From contig OZ244955.1 in NCBI GenBank assembly GCA_965222525.1, forward strand, positions 640,140 to 704,139: a DNA stretch of 64,000 nucleotides, written 5' to 3'. The notes beneath the pieces were generated by a model. That model worked only from the letters and a program-made list of their open reading frames with translations. It was not told where the DNA came from and did no database searches. The position numbers and the translations under genes were made by a program. Source of the stretch: Rickettsiales bacterium (GTDB taxonomy: Bacteria > Pseudomonadota > Alphaproteobacteria > Rickettsiales > UBA8987). This document shows, piece after piece, positions 18,718 to 29,200 of this stretch. Numbering within the stretch: position 1 is the first letter of the stretch; every line of letters starts with the position of its first letter.

Positions 18718-19413
18718 ATGAAACACAATACAGCAAATCGGCAAAATGGGGTCACACTGATAGAGCTCAGTATTGTTATAGTTATACTGGGGCTACTGGT
18801 TGGTGTGGTTATGGGCGGGCAGTCATTGCTGCTTAGTATGAAAATTCGTTCCGTAGTTGCCAATGTTAAAGGATTCATGATTGCGACTGATAATTTTAGA
18901 GAGAAATATAATTCTCTGCCCGGTGATATGGTTGATGCTTCCGAATATTGGGCTGACTGCGACACCCCTGCAACGCTTTGCAATGGTAACGGCAATGAAC
19001 GGATTGAATCCGGCGGTGAGGATTTACGGGTATGGCAGCAGCTTGCCGATAGCGATATGATAGAGGGGGATTATACCGGCTCGGGCTCGTTTGAGGTTGA
19101 TGTTAATCTCCCGCCTTCAAGATTCACCGATAGCGGTTATATCATGTATTATAATTCGGCTCTCTATGGTAGTAGTAGCAATGCTATACAGTTTGGGGGT
19201 ATTTCATCTACTGACACCAGGCTACCAATATTAAATGCACGAGATGCAATGTCGGTTGATATATTAATGGATGACGGGCTGGCCGCCAGCGGTGATGTAG
19301 TTACCACCGATGCCAATGGTTACACCGGCTGTGTTGATACCTCTGCTACTCCCAACAAATACACTCCCGATGATGAAACCGCCCTCTGCATAATGTATTT
19401 CTGGCTTCAGTAA
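18718..19413 (+). CDS. prepilin-type N-terminal methylation-domain protein (type IV pilin / pseudopilin-like), paralog 1
   Basis: NGVTLIELSIVIVILGLLVGVVMGG is a class III signal / hydrophobic N-terminal helix. It shares F.EKY.SLPGDM.DAS..W and a GNGN-type motif with 30098..30811. No pilus assembly genes are nearby. Confidence 0.7.
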   Translation: MKHNTANRQNGVTLIELSIVIVILGLLVGVVMGGQSLLLSMKIRSVVANVKGFMIATDNFREKYNSLPGDMVDASEYWADCDTPATLCNGNGNERIESGGEDLRVWQQLADSDMIEGDYTGSGSFEVDVNLPPSRFTDSGYIMYYNSALYGSSSNAIQFGGISSTDTRLPILNARDAMSVDILMDDGLAASGDVVTTDANGYTGCVDTSATPNKYTPDDETALCIMYFWLQ

Positions 19414-19419
19414 TTTTTG

Positions 19420-20943
19420 TCAGACAACATTATGTAAAATAAGTTCTTCTTCCCTGTCTACCAGGCTGTTATATAAATCACGATAGGCGGAGTGCTGGTC
19501 GGTTTTGTTGTAATATTGCTTTACTCGCCTGCGGGTGTTTTCGCTGCATTTGGCATGATGCTCTGCATCGGTCAATAGCGGTAGTAATTCGCCGGCAATT
19601 GCACGTGCATTGGAAAGCGGGGTAATACCCCCGCCCGCACCAACAGGAGGATGCTCATCATCACGTCCCATGATCAGTTCGCGGCAGGAGCCTACATCAG
19701 TTGCAACACAGGGAATTCCCGCCGCTCCTGCCTCCAGTATTACCAATGGTTGTGCTTCACTTATACTGCTCAATACCAGCGCATCAACCTGCCCCAGATA
19801 TTCCAGCAGATTCACCTTGCCGGTAAATGTTACTACCGATTCCAGATTGTAGTTTTTTACCATAGCTACACATTCGTGGTAGTATTCTTCATCCTCATCA
19901 GTTCCTCCCATGATAAAAGCACGTAAATCCGGTATATCCTCGCACAGCCGCCACATCGCACGGATAAAAGTCTTGATATCCTTTATCGGAACTACTCTGC
20001 CTATCAGCGCAACCGTGGGCGGATGGTCATTCTCCCGCTTCACGGAAGAAAATTTCTCATAGTCAATCCCGTTGGGAATAACCCGCATCTTGGCCATATC
20101 AGCCCCGTCCATCGACTGGAAAGTCTGGTTACCACGGTATAATGTTACAATCTGTTCGCTGGCTTCATAGCACAACCTTGAATAGGCGGCGAACTCATCT
20201 ATCCAGAAATCGCGAAGTTCCCGCTTGGCATTATCTACCTGGCTTATCGAAAGGTTATATGCCTTCTGGTCGAGAAGCCAGTCGGCAGAGGCAATTTCTA
20301 TCCGGCGCTCATTGGTATAAATCCCGTGCTCGGTGACTATGCATGGCCTGCCTGTTTCCATATGGGCGCGGGCAAGGAACAGCCCGGCATAGCCGGTGCA
20401 CAGGGCATGATAGGCTTTTGCCTCGGGCAAATCCGCCAGCAGCACAGCATACAATCCGCCGAGTAATGCCCGCCATGACCAGAAATAGTCGATAAAGGCA
20501 GTATCCGGCATCGACTTCTCATACATGGAAAGCAGCATTTGCCAGGCATGTTCGGAATTGAGCAATATATCGGCATTAAGCTGGTGTTTATATTCTCCGA
20601 GCGCATCGATAACCTGTTTGAGCGATTCAAGCGTTACCCTGTTTTTCTGGATATCGAGCAGGGGGGCTTCAAGTTTTGTGAATAATTTCCTGAGTTTTTT
20701 CGCAGGGATAAATACCTTGTTATCCGGTAGCTGCTGCAGGAAAACATTGGTTATACCAACTACATTTTCCGGCAGTTCATAGCGCATTTCCAGTTCGGCA
20801 CCAGGTGCTACCAGTGCAACTATATGGAAATTCAGATGGTTCTGTTCGGCAATCAGCTCATGCGTCCAGCCCGATACCCCCCCCGGTACATAGGGGTATG
20901 TACCCTCCAAAAACAGGCATATATCTATGTTTTTGTCTTGCAT
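19420..20943 (-). CDS. PelF-like GT4 glycosyltransferase (DUF3492 N-terminal domain)
   Basis: The N-terminus ICLFLEGTYPYVPGGVSGWTHELI matches the DUF3492/PelF signature. The C-terminal GT4 region has an E(x7)E-like LVLSSISEAQPLVILEAGAAGIPCVATDVG. Confidence 0.7.
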   Translation of the reverse strand: MQDKNIDICLFLEGTYPYVPGGVSGWTHELIAEQNHLNFHIVALVAPGAELEMRYELPENVVGITNVFLQQLPDNKVFIPAKKLRKLFTKLEAPLLDIQKNRVTLESLKQVIDALGEYKHQLNADILLNSEHAWQMLLSMYEKSMPDTAFIDYFWSWRALLGGLYAVLLADLPEAKAYHALCTGYAGLFLARAHMETGRPCIVTEHGIYTNERRIEIASADWLLDQKAYNLSISQVDNAKRELRDFWIDEFAAYSRLCYEASEQIVTLYRGNQTFQSMDGADMAKMRVIPNGIDYEKFSSVKRENDHPPTVALIGRVVPIKDIKTFIRAMWRLCEDIPDLRAFIMGGTDEDEEYYHECVAMVKNYNLESVVTFTGKVNLLEYLGQVDALVLSSISEAQPLVILEAGAAGIPCVATDVGSCRELIMGRDDEHPPVGAGGGITPLSNARAIAGELLPLLTDAEHHAKCSENTRRRVKQYYNKTDQHSAYRDLYNSLVDREEELILHNVV

Positions 20944-21011
20944 TATATTGAGTGCTAAGTTCTGAGTCTCTGCTGTACCGTCTCAACACTTAACACTCAG
21001 CACTCAACACT
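20944..21011. repeat. intercistronic inverted repeat built from the GAGTGCTAAGT / GTGTTGAG word shared with repeat family B
   Basis: The sequence attgagtgctaagttctgagtc...caacacttaacactcagcactcaacac fills the whole gap between the NMO-like stop and the PelF-like start. The same words occur at about 45720-45770 and 51715-51780. Confidence 0.6.
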
Positions 21012-22418
21012 TTAACCTCCCGTCATAATCCGGTCCACCAGCTGCTTCACCGTCGGGATGAAGCCGTTTTTGTAAAACGGATCGCTGGCAAATTTGTAAG
21101 CGTTATGGCCGGAGAACATAAGGTTATCCTCAACCGAATCACCATGGGCAATATTCTGCAGGGTCTTCTGTATGCAATAGCTGCGCGGGTCGGTACGCCT
21201 GCCGGTCGTATAATCATCATGATCTTTCCAGTTGCTGAATTTGCAATGGCTCAGGCAGCCCATACATTCAATCTGATCCTTGGTAATCTGGTTAGCCTGC
21301 TCTTTCGATACAAAAATAAGCGTTGAATCCGGCGTTTTCATCGGCTCGTCATAGCCTTGTTTCTCCCATTCCTTTACCTGCGGCATATCATCCGGCGAAA
21401 TATATACATGACGCTGGCGTACACCCACCGGCAGAGGCTCGGTCAGATAACCTTCCGGCGCAGTGGCATATTGTATCTGGCGCTGCTCACGTCCCTGCAG
21501 TTCTTTCAGAAAAGCATTATCTACCGCTGAGGAATAAAAACCGGTCGGGCTGAAACGGTTAAGATAAACATCCCCCTCCTTGAGCGTTAATAACCTCTTC
21601 TTCCACTCATCAGATACCGGGCTTTCCTCGGTCAGTATGGGACGAGTGCCGAACTGGAATACAACCGGCCCTATATCCGGATTATCCAGCCAGTCCTGCC
21701 AATCCCTGATATGCCATACCCCGCCGGCCATAACTACCGGTACAGTCTCCAGCCCAACGCTGTTCATAAACTTGCGTAACTCCACCACCCGCGGATATGG
21801 ATTTTCCGGCCTTTTCGGGTCTTCATTGCTGGAAAGCCCGTTATGCCCGCCTGCAAGCCACGGGTCTTCATATACTACCCCGCCGAGCAAATCCCTGCTT
21901 TTATTATATGCCCGCTTCCATAATGCCCGAAACGCCCGCATTGAGGAGATTATCGGGTAATAATGCACATTATACTGTCCGGCGATTTCCCCTAGCCGGT
22001 AAGGCATCCCGGCACCACAGGTAATACCGTGAATCAGGCCTTTGGCTTTCTCCAGGATTCCGTGCAGTACCCGCTCGGCACCGCCCATCTCCCACAATAT
22101 GTTCATATGGATACGCCCCTTGCCGCCGGCAGTTTCATGGGCAATTTGCGCCTGTTCGACTCCGCCATCTATACCGTAACGAATCAACTCCTCATGACGG
22201 TCACGACGGGTCTTGCCCTTATATATTTGCGGAATTATATGGCCCTTTTCATCATATGAATCGGCATTGACGCCGGAGAATGTCCCCACCGCACCGGCAG
22301 CAGCAAATGCACCGGAACTCCTGCCGCTGGTAATGGAAATCCCCTTACCGCCCTCGATAATCGGCAGCACCTCCTTGCCGGAGATAATAACAGAATTTAA
22401 CCCTTTAAGTATCGACAT
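21012..22418 (-). CDS. nitronate monooxygenase / FabK-like FMN oxidoreductase family protein (long form)
   Basis: TIM-barrel FMN-binding pattern: PIIEGGKGISITSG, GITCGAGMPY and VVMAGGVWHIRDWQDW. The exact function cannot be read from the sequence. Confidence 0.6.
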   Translation of the reverse strand: MSILKGLNSVIISGKEVLPIIEGGKGISITSGRSSGAFAAAGAVGTFSGVNADSYDEKGHIIPQIYKGKTRRDRHEELIRYGIDGGVEQAQIAHETAGGKGRIHMNILWEMGGAERVLHGILEKAKGLIHGITCGAGMPYRLGEIAGQYNVHYYPIISSMRAFRALWKRAYNKSRDLLGGVVYEDPWLAGGHNGLSSNEDPKRPENPYPRVVELRKFMNSVGLETVPVVMAGGVWHIRDWQDWLDNPDIGPVVFQFGTRPILTEESPVSDEWKKRLLTLKEGDVYLNRFSPTGFYSSAVDNAFLKELQGREQRQIQYATAPEGYLTEPLPVGVRQRHVYISPDDMPQVKEWEKQGYDEPMKTPDSTLIFVSKEQANQITKDQIECMGCLSHCKFSNWKDHDDYTTGRRTDPRSYCIQKTLQNIAHGDSVEDNLMFSGHNAYKFASDPFYKNGFIPTVKQLVDRIMTGG

Positions 22419-22585
22419 GTTTTTTATGAGAATGGTGTTAATCGGTAACAGAAGTGCAAATACTTACATGCTGTCGTCTAATATTTTTGAAACGAAGCTT
22501 TTCATTTTTAGCATATACCAGCAAAGAGGCATAGTTGCTACAAAAAAGAACGTATATGTAAATATACCAGTTATAATATGCCAAG

Positions 22586-23353
22586 TTACTTATGCCTTGA
22601 GAATTTTTCCTTTTCTTTTTGATTTTTGGAGTCAATACCCATTTCTGGGAGAGTAGCAGGGTAGTAACTATATAATTGTTGTATACTTTCTATGGTAACG
22701 AAAGAGCCGTTCACCTTCACTCCGAATTTTTTCAGGTCATTAAGTACCCTCGACAGGGTTTCGGCCTTCATCCCCAGATAGCTGGCGGCAATTGATTTAT
22801 CATATGGCAGCAGGAAGGTCTTGTCCTTGCCGTTATATAGCTTCAGCAACAGTGATACAACCCGTTGCGGGGCCGACATAACCGTCAGCCGTTCTATATT
22901 GGAGCGCAGCTGATTAACACGCCTGGTGGTTACATCAAGCATATTCATCGTAATCTTGTGGTCGGAGGCCATAAGTTTGCGCATAATTCTAACCGGAATT
23001 TCCAGTACGGCCACCCTGCCATCCACGGCCTGGCCGCTGAAGGAAAATTGTGCAGAGTGGAAAACCGCCTCCTCACCCACTATATCACCACGGGTTATCA
23101 GATCCACTATCGACTCCTTGCCGTCGGTGGATTCACGAAACAGCCTCACCCAGCCGCTTAATATTATATAAAAGCATTCAATCGGCTCGCTATGGAAGAA
23201 TATTACGCTGCCCTTCTTATGCTCCTCTATATGCGCATTTTCAATCAGCAGCTCTTCCTGTGCTTTGGACAGGCGTCCCAGCAGCGGGGCGGATTTAAGG
23301 AATGCCAGTCCCCTGTCGCTTGCGGCCTTGTCGCTGCGTAGCTTTTTCTTCAT
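22586..23353 (-). CDS. Crp/Fnr family transcriptional regulator
   Basis: cNMP-binding beta-barrel (GSVIFFHSEPIECFYIILSGWVRLFRESTDGKESIVDLITRGDIVGE) and a C-terminal HTH (IAASYLGMKAETLSRVLNDLKKFG). Confidence 0.8.
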   Translation of the reverse strand: MKKKLRSDKAASDRGLAFLKSAPLLGRLSKAQEELLIENAHIEEHKKGSVIFFHSEPIECFYIILSGWVRLFRESTDGKESIVDLITRGDIVGEEAVFHSAQFSFSGQAVDGRVAVLEIPVRIMRKLMASDHKITMNMLDVTTRRVNQLRSNIERLTVMSAPQRVVSLLLKLYNGKDKTFLLPYDKSIAASYLGMKAETLSRVLNDLKKFGVKVNGSFVTIESIQQLYSYYPATLPEMGIDSKNQKEKEKFSRHK

Positions 23354-23469
23354 TATCTTCTCCCTTGAACTAACCTTATCACTTGTTTCCTTGCGGAAAA
23401 GTGCAGAAGTTAATTAACGGTTAATAATATAAGAAAATTGAGCCAGATCAAGTGCTTTTTAAGATTTTG

Positions 23470-24297
23470 TTAACTTTTTGGAGGGGAGAGAGGAGAAGCT
23501 ACGACAGATTTTGTAACGTTTTTGCGTAAAATCAGCCAGATTCCACCCAGAATCATGGGAATAGACAGTAATTGTCCCATAGTCAGGCTGCCGAATAAAA
23601 AGCCGATATGTTCATCAGGTTCGCGGTATAATTCAACAAACATACGGGAAATTGAATATCCGATCAGGAAAACACCCGATAATGCACCGGTTTTGTCACG
23701 CAATTTGCTCCTGAAGGCTATCAGCATGATGAAGAACAATAATATTCCTTCCAGCCCTGCCTCATATAGCTGGCTGGGATGACGTGCAAACGGGTCGTCA
23801 GGGAATATCACCGCCCAGGGAACATCGGTGGGGCGGCCATATAATTCACCATTGATGAAATTGGCAATCCGCCCGAAAAACAACCCTATCGGCGTTACAC
23901 AAGCGCATAAATCCATGAAGGACAGGAACCTCATCTTGTAGCGCCTGCACATCAGCCATGCGGCAACCATGGCGCCAAGCAACCCGCCATGGAAGGACAT
24001 CCCGCCATTCCATACCGCCAGTATCTGCGAGGGGTTTTTCAGGAAGAATTCCAGCCCGTAAAACAGCACATAGCCGAGCCTGCCCCCGACCATAATTCCC
24101 AGCACCGCCCATATGATAAAATCATCATAAGCCTTCTGGGACATAACCTTTGGCTCACGCCGGTCTAGCCTCCCCAGATACCACCATCCGAGAAATATCC
24201 CGACCACATAACTGAGCGCATACCAGCGTATATCCAGCCCGCCGACACTGAACAGTACAGGGTCTATATCAGGAAACGGAATACCAACATTTGCCAT
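23470..24297 (-). CDS. lgt: prolipoprotein diacylglyceryl transferase
   Basis: IRWYALSYVVGI, GGRLGYVLFY, GGMSFHGGLLG and HPSQLYEAGLEGILLF are Lgt signatures. Confidence 0.9.
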   Translation of the reverse strand: MANVGIPFPDIDPVLFSVGGLDIRWYALSYVVGIFLGWWYLGRLDRREPKVMSQKAYDDFIIWAVLGIMVGGRLGYVLFYGLEFFLKNPSQILAVWNGGMSFHGGLLGAMVAAWLMCRRYKMRFLSFMDLCACVTPIGLFFGRIANFINGELYGRPTDVPWAVIFPDDPFARHPSQLYEAGLEGILLFFIMLIAFRSKLRDKTGALSGVFLIGYSISRMFVELYREPDEHIGFLFGSLTMGQLLSIPMILGGIWLILRKNVTKSVVASPLSPPKS

Positions 24298-24387
24298 AAT
24301 TTTAGGTTGCAGGTTACAGGTTTTAGGTTACAGAAGGAGCCTGACCTGTTTATTATATGTTTTGATAGTAATGTGCAAGTTGTATGG

Positions 24388-25197
24388 ATGATGCCCCAGA
24401 AATTCCCCATATCAGTATTTATAATTGCCAGAGACGAGGCGGACAGGATTGGCAGGGCGATTGCCAGTGTATCCGGCCGGGTGGATGAGATTATAGTAAT
24501 TGACAGCGGTAGCGAGGATAATACGGTTGAGGTGAGTGAAAAGCTGGGTGCGAAGGTGGTTTATAATGAATGGCAGGGTTATGGCCGGCAGAAGATTTTC
24601 GGGCAGGATTTATGCCGCAATGACTGGATTCTCAATCTCGATGCCGATGAGGAATTGTCTCCGAAACTGGCGGAGACCATAAAAGAGCTGTTTTCCAAAA
24701 ATAAACAGGAGCAATATTCCGCATATAAAATGCGATGGAAAATGCTGTTTATGTCGGATGAAAAACCGCCGTTATTTGCTCCCGGTTCAACATTTATCCG
24801 GCTTTATAACCGCCAATATGCCGGTTTTCGCGATAGTACAATACATGATTCTGTTGTAGTGCATAAGGGAGATACGGGCAATCTGGCCGGCTGGGGGGAC
24901 GGGGTGGTGTATCACCGCTGTTTCCGCAATCTCCGGCACTGGGTAGAGAAAATCAACGCCTACTCAACCATGCAGGCCGAAGATATGGCCAGGAAAGGCC
25001 GTAAAATCAGCCGCTTGCGTATAATTTTCGAGCCGCCGCTGACCTTCCTCAAGGCATATTTCCTGCGCCGCTACTTCCTCTACGGTATAAATGGCTTTAT
25101 CGGCAGCTTCCTCTATTCCTATGCCAGGCTGTTGCGCCTTGCAAAAGCCCGTGAAATATGTCAGAATAAGCCCCTACAGGGCAGTATAAGTGACTGA
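24388..25197 (+). CDS. family 2 glycosyltransferase (LPS-core type)
   Basis: ISVFIIARDEADRIGRAIASV...DEIIVIDSGSEDNT...NLDADEE (DxD). The start is chosen at MMPQKF (24388). Confidence 0.75.
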   Translation: MMPQKFPISVFIIARDEADRIGRAIASVSGRVDEIIVIDSGSEDNTVEVSEKLGAKVVYNEWQGYGRQKIFGQDLCRNDWILNLDADEELSPKLAETIKELFSKNKQEQYSAYKMRWKMLFMSDEKPPLFAPGSTFIRLYNRQYAGFRDSTIHDSVVVHKGDTGNLAGWGDGVVYHRCFRNLRHWVEKINAYSTMQAEDMARKGRKISRLRIIFEPPLTFLKAYFLRRYFLYGINGFIGSFLYSYARLLRLAKAREICQNKPLQGSISD

Positions 25198-26206
25198 AAA
25201 TAATATAGAAAAAATAATGGTAATAAATCTCGGCGGTACCCGTGAAATGGCGCTGGGGACTGCCGCTTTTGCCGCTATCCGCGAGTTTCATCCCAATGCG
25301 CATATAATCCTGCTTACCACCGCCAGATATGCTGAATTCGGCCAGCAATCGGGTTATTTCAATGAAATCTGGGTTGACCCGCTGCTCAACTGGTATGATG
25401 TACCGCAAGTCTTACATTTTCTGAAAAAGCTGCGCAACTCCGGTATTCAACTGGTATATGATTTGCAGAATGTCCGTCGCAGTAATATGTATTTCCGTTG
25501 CATGGGACGCAACAAACCCCTGTGGAACAGCAGCAATATTAACTGGTGTTCGCATTATTATGACAATCCCGATGCCCATCTGATGCATTTTCTCGACCGG
25601 CAGGCCGAACAGCTTATGGTTACGGGTATGGAATTTATACCGCCGCCCGATATATCATGGCTGCAGGCGGATATATCGAAATTTTCCTTTCTGGAGACAG
25701 GGCAGCCTTATGCATTGCTGGTGGCAGGCGGGCTTGAGGATGAGAAACAAAGCCGCTGGCCGGAGTCCGGCTATGTCGAGGTGGCGGAATGGCTGGCGGA
25801 GATTGGTGTATTGCCGGTATTTATCGGGGATGAAGCAGACAAGGCGCTGATAAAATCGATAGACCGTTCCTGTGTGCATATTGACATTGCCAATCTGGCC
25901 GGACGAACGAGTCTGGCCGATATTGCCGAACTGGCCAGGGGTGCGGTATTTGCTATAGGTGCCGGTGACGGTTACATGCATCTGATGGCACTGACCGGCT
26001 GTCCGTCGATTTTTCTTTATTCCGGCTATTTCGTACAGGAAATCCACACCCCGATAGGTGATGCGATAAATATCATGTATCAGCGCGAACCCTCGCAAAT
26101 CCTCCCCAGCACGGTTATAGACAGGCTGATTGAGATGTTCGGCCTTAACGAGGGGGAGGAGGCGCAAGATAATGAAGATGAGGAAGCCGAAAATGACAGT
26201 GCCTAA
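25190..26206 (+). CDS. family 9 glycosyltransferase (heptosyltransferase-like) with an acidic C-terminal tail
   Basis: IMVINLGGTREMALGTAAFAAIREFHPNAHIILLT and ...ELARGAVFAIGAGDGYMHLMALTGCPSIFLY fit the GT9 pattern. It overlaps the GT2 gene by 8 nt. Confidence 0.65.
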   Translation: MTENNIEKIMVINLGGTREMALGTAAFAAIREFHPNAHIILLTTARYAEFGQQSGYFNEIWVDPLLNWYDVPQVLHFLKKLRNSGIQLVYDLQNVRRSNMYFRCMGRNKPLWNSSNINWCSHYYDNPDAHLMHFLDRQAEQLMVTGMEFIPPPDISWLQADISKFSFLETGQPYALLVAGGLEDEKQSRWPESGYVEVAEWLAEIGVLPVFIGDEADKALIKSIDRSCVHIDIANLAGRTSLADIAELARGAVFAIGAGDGYMHLMALTGCPSIFLYSGYFVQEIHTPIGDAINIMYQREPSQILPSTVIDRLIEMFGLNEGEEAQDNEDEEAENDSA

Positions 26207-29200
26207 TGTCTTGGTGCTGGGCTGCGGCTGGAGTGGTCGTGGTTATGTTTATCATGCCCGTTTTTGCGGGGGAGGAGGCCGTTGTTCCTGGAGGCCAGGT
26301 CGTTATTGTCAGCATCAAGGCCGAGGTCACGCAGACCATCCACTATATTCTGCATTTCCTGTTCCTGTCTGGTGAGTGGCTTGTCTTTTTCGGCAGATTT
26401 TTCCTCGGACTTTTCAATATTTTTATTCTCTGCAATTCTCTGGTCAACATATTCCTGTATCCTGACCATATTGCGTTTCTTTTCTTCATCCGTATCGCCC
26501 AGCGGCAACAGCCCCTTTTCTATGAAAGGCTCCAGATTCTGCTCATTGAGGGATTGCAGGCCGGTTACATTACGCAACCTGTCATAGTTAAATTTATGGC
26601 CTTCTTCCTTCAGCTCCTTGATATCATCAAGCAATTCACGTTTGGCAGGGTCGAGGTCGATTATCCTGTCACGGCCGGATTCGGGCAGTTCAACCCCCAT
26701 ATCCCTGGCAACCCGCTCGGCGTTTTCCTTGATTACCGCCACTTGTGCGATCATCATATTGGAAATATGCATTTTCTTCTCGGCATCCTTACCTTCCGTT
26801 TTGAAAACCTTGCCATCGGAAAACTCCAATTTGTCCCTTTCCTCGGGGTTAAGCGGATTGACAAAACTCACATGTTCGGCAGATTTTTTCAGCACTTCCG
26901 CAGCCTTGTCATCACCATCCTTTTCGGCAATTTTGCCAAGCAGATATTCAGCCTCACGGGATGTGGCAAAATGGTTTAATTCCTCAAGCTGCTGCGCATC
27001 CATCCTTATATCACGTAATTCGTCCAGATTAACCGACTGGCCTTTTTCCAGCTTCAGCCCAAGCTTTTCCTGCAATTCCGCATCTGATATACTTTCCTCT
27101 GGCAGTGCGGCAAGCCGTTCCACCAAATCTTGCATATGCTGTGAACGGTTATCCTGATTGGCCAGATGTTGCGATGTTAGCTGGAACACATCCTCTGCAT
27201 CAGATGGAATCAGGTAGCGTGCGGCACTGACTTCCTTACCATCCACATCGGCATAAAACTCAATGGTTTTCCTGGCTTTGCCGTCATGGCCAAACGCACC
27301 GTCCGCACGCTCCACCTCACGATATTTCAGCTCACCCTCCATGCCGAAACCATCAGAATCATCCTGCAGCGCCCTGTTGATTTCCGTCATGGCCTGTTTA
27401 CGCTCCTGTTCTCCCAGTGCGATGAATTTATTCTCGGCCTCGGCCAGGGTACTCATCTTGAACACACCCCATGCAACCCTGCTGTACGCCTTGTCATCCT
27501 TCACCAGAACCGACCACACATCTTCCCCCCTGGCAAACTGCATATTACCCTGCTCGACAACCTCAAACAGGGTCGGGGCAATCCTGCCGGTAGTATTCTC
27601 ATCGCCGGTCACCAGAACCGCCATCTCATGGTCACTGATTGCCTTGCCGTGATCGGTCAGGTAGTCCATATTATAAAGAATATCCTCCTTCCTGGCCGCG
27701 ATATTACGCTGGTTATGCAGATGCTCATCCACTTCTTCGGCACGCCGGCCAACCGCCATCAATGCCGCAGCCGACATACCGCTCAGATAACCCTGCTCGA
27801 TATATTCCTGCGGAGACATCTCAACCTCACCAAAACCGTCATCAAATTTAACCCTGATTTCGCCGGAACTATCACCGCCCTCACTATCGCCCTTCGCAAG
27901 CTGTGCAGCATCTTTCTCACGTTTTTCCTCATCACCGAACAGGATAAAGGCCAGCCATGCCGCATCCATACCCGCCTGCTGCATAAGCTTGTCGATTTTC
28001 TCCCTGGTTTCGGTTGCCAGCCTGGTTTTCTCCTTCTCCTGACCGGGAGTTTTGGTTTGCTCGGGAGTAATTTCCGCATCATATATATTGTCATTAACCT
28101 GCTCCAGCACATCTTTATCAAATTTGTGCCTGCGCCATAAATGGGTCGATACCAGAGCAGTACCAATACCGCCCTCCACAGCGTCATCCCTGTATTGTGC
28201 AACCACCATACCGCTGTCATTGCGGAACACATCGGTAATACCACTGCCGGGTGCAAGATTGTTGATAGTATCCGTTATCCGCTTGCCTGCCTCCTCGGCG
28301 CTCATGCCGCTGCGCTCGGCCTCACGCATAAGGAAATCCGCACGATACTGGATATCATCGGCAATATCGGCATTTTCGAAAACCTCACCCATCTTCTGAA
28401 GTGAACGGTAATGGCTCTCCTCACGGCCAACATCCTTATGCGCAACCCACAGGAATTCCTTCAGCCCGTAAACGGTGGCAACCGTCTGGGCGGTTTCATT
28501 GGCCTCAACCAGAAAACCATGACTGTCACTATGCCAGATATCCTTGATATACCCCTCGCCAAGCGCAGGGTCCTTATCCAGCACCGACTTGATATCATCA
28601 CCCGTAATCCCGATCTTCCGCTCGGCATTGATAATATTGCGCTCTAACGCTGCCGCATCCTCCATCGCCGGAGCCTCATGCGGCATCATCATCCGCCATT
28701 TGGGGTGATATTGCGAATTAAACACCCGTACCAGATCATCTTTATTGTAAAGCTGGAGGTCAACTTTCTCGGTCTTGCCGAAATCATTGGTTATCGGTAC
28801 CTGATGCGCTACACCAATCTCAAAGTCAAATTTGTAATCCTTGTTTTTGGCAATTTGCTGCAAATCCCTGCCATGCATATTCATGGTCTGGGCAAGCTTG
28901 TCGAAAAATATCTTATTCTCGTCGGAACTGTTCTTGGGGTCAATGCCGCTATCCTGCATTATCATCGAGCCGGCCTCCTCTCCCATATTAACCATATTGG
29001 CCAGCATGAGGTTATATCTATGCTCCTGTTCCGACTCCATCGCAGCGGTAAGCTGCCTGACCTCATCCTTGCTTTTGCCTTCCTTCTTCAGGGATTTCTC
29101 GTATTGTTTGAGTTCCTTCTTCTGATGCTCCTTTAAATCCTTGCCGAATGTATTATCAAACTGCTCCTTTACGACACCAAACACAGTAGTGTGCTCGTCA

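Noticed and set aside
22438-22635. A 65 aa ORF in the AT-rich Crp/NMO intergenic region.
   Set aside because: It overlaps the 3' end of the Crp-family gene, has a composition driven by AT-richness, lacks a Shine-Dalgarno sequence and has no recognisable motif.
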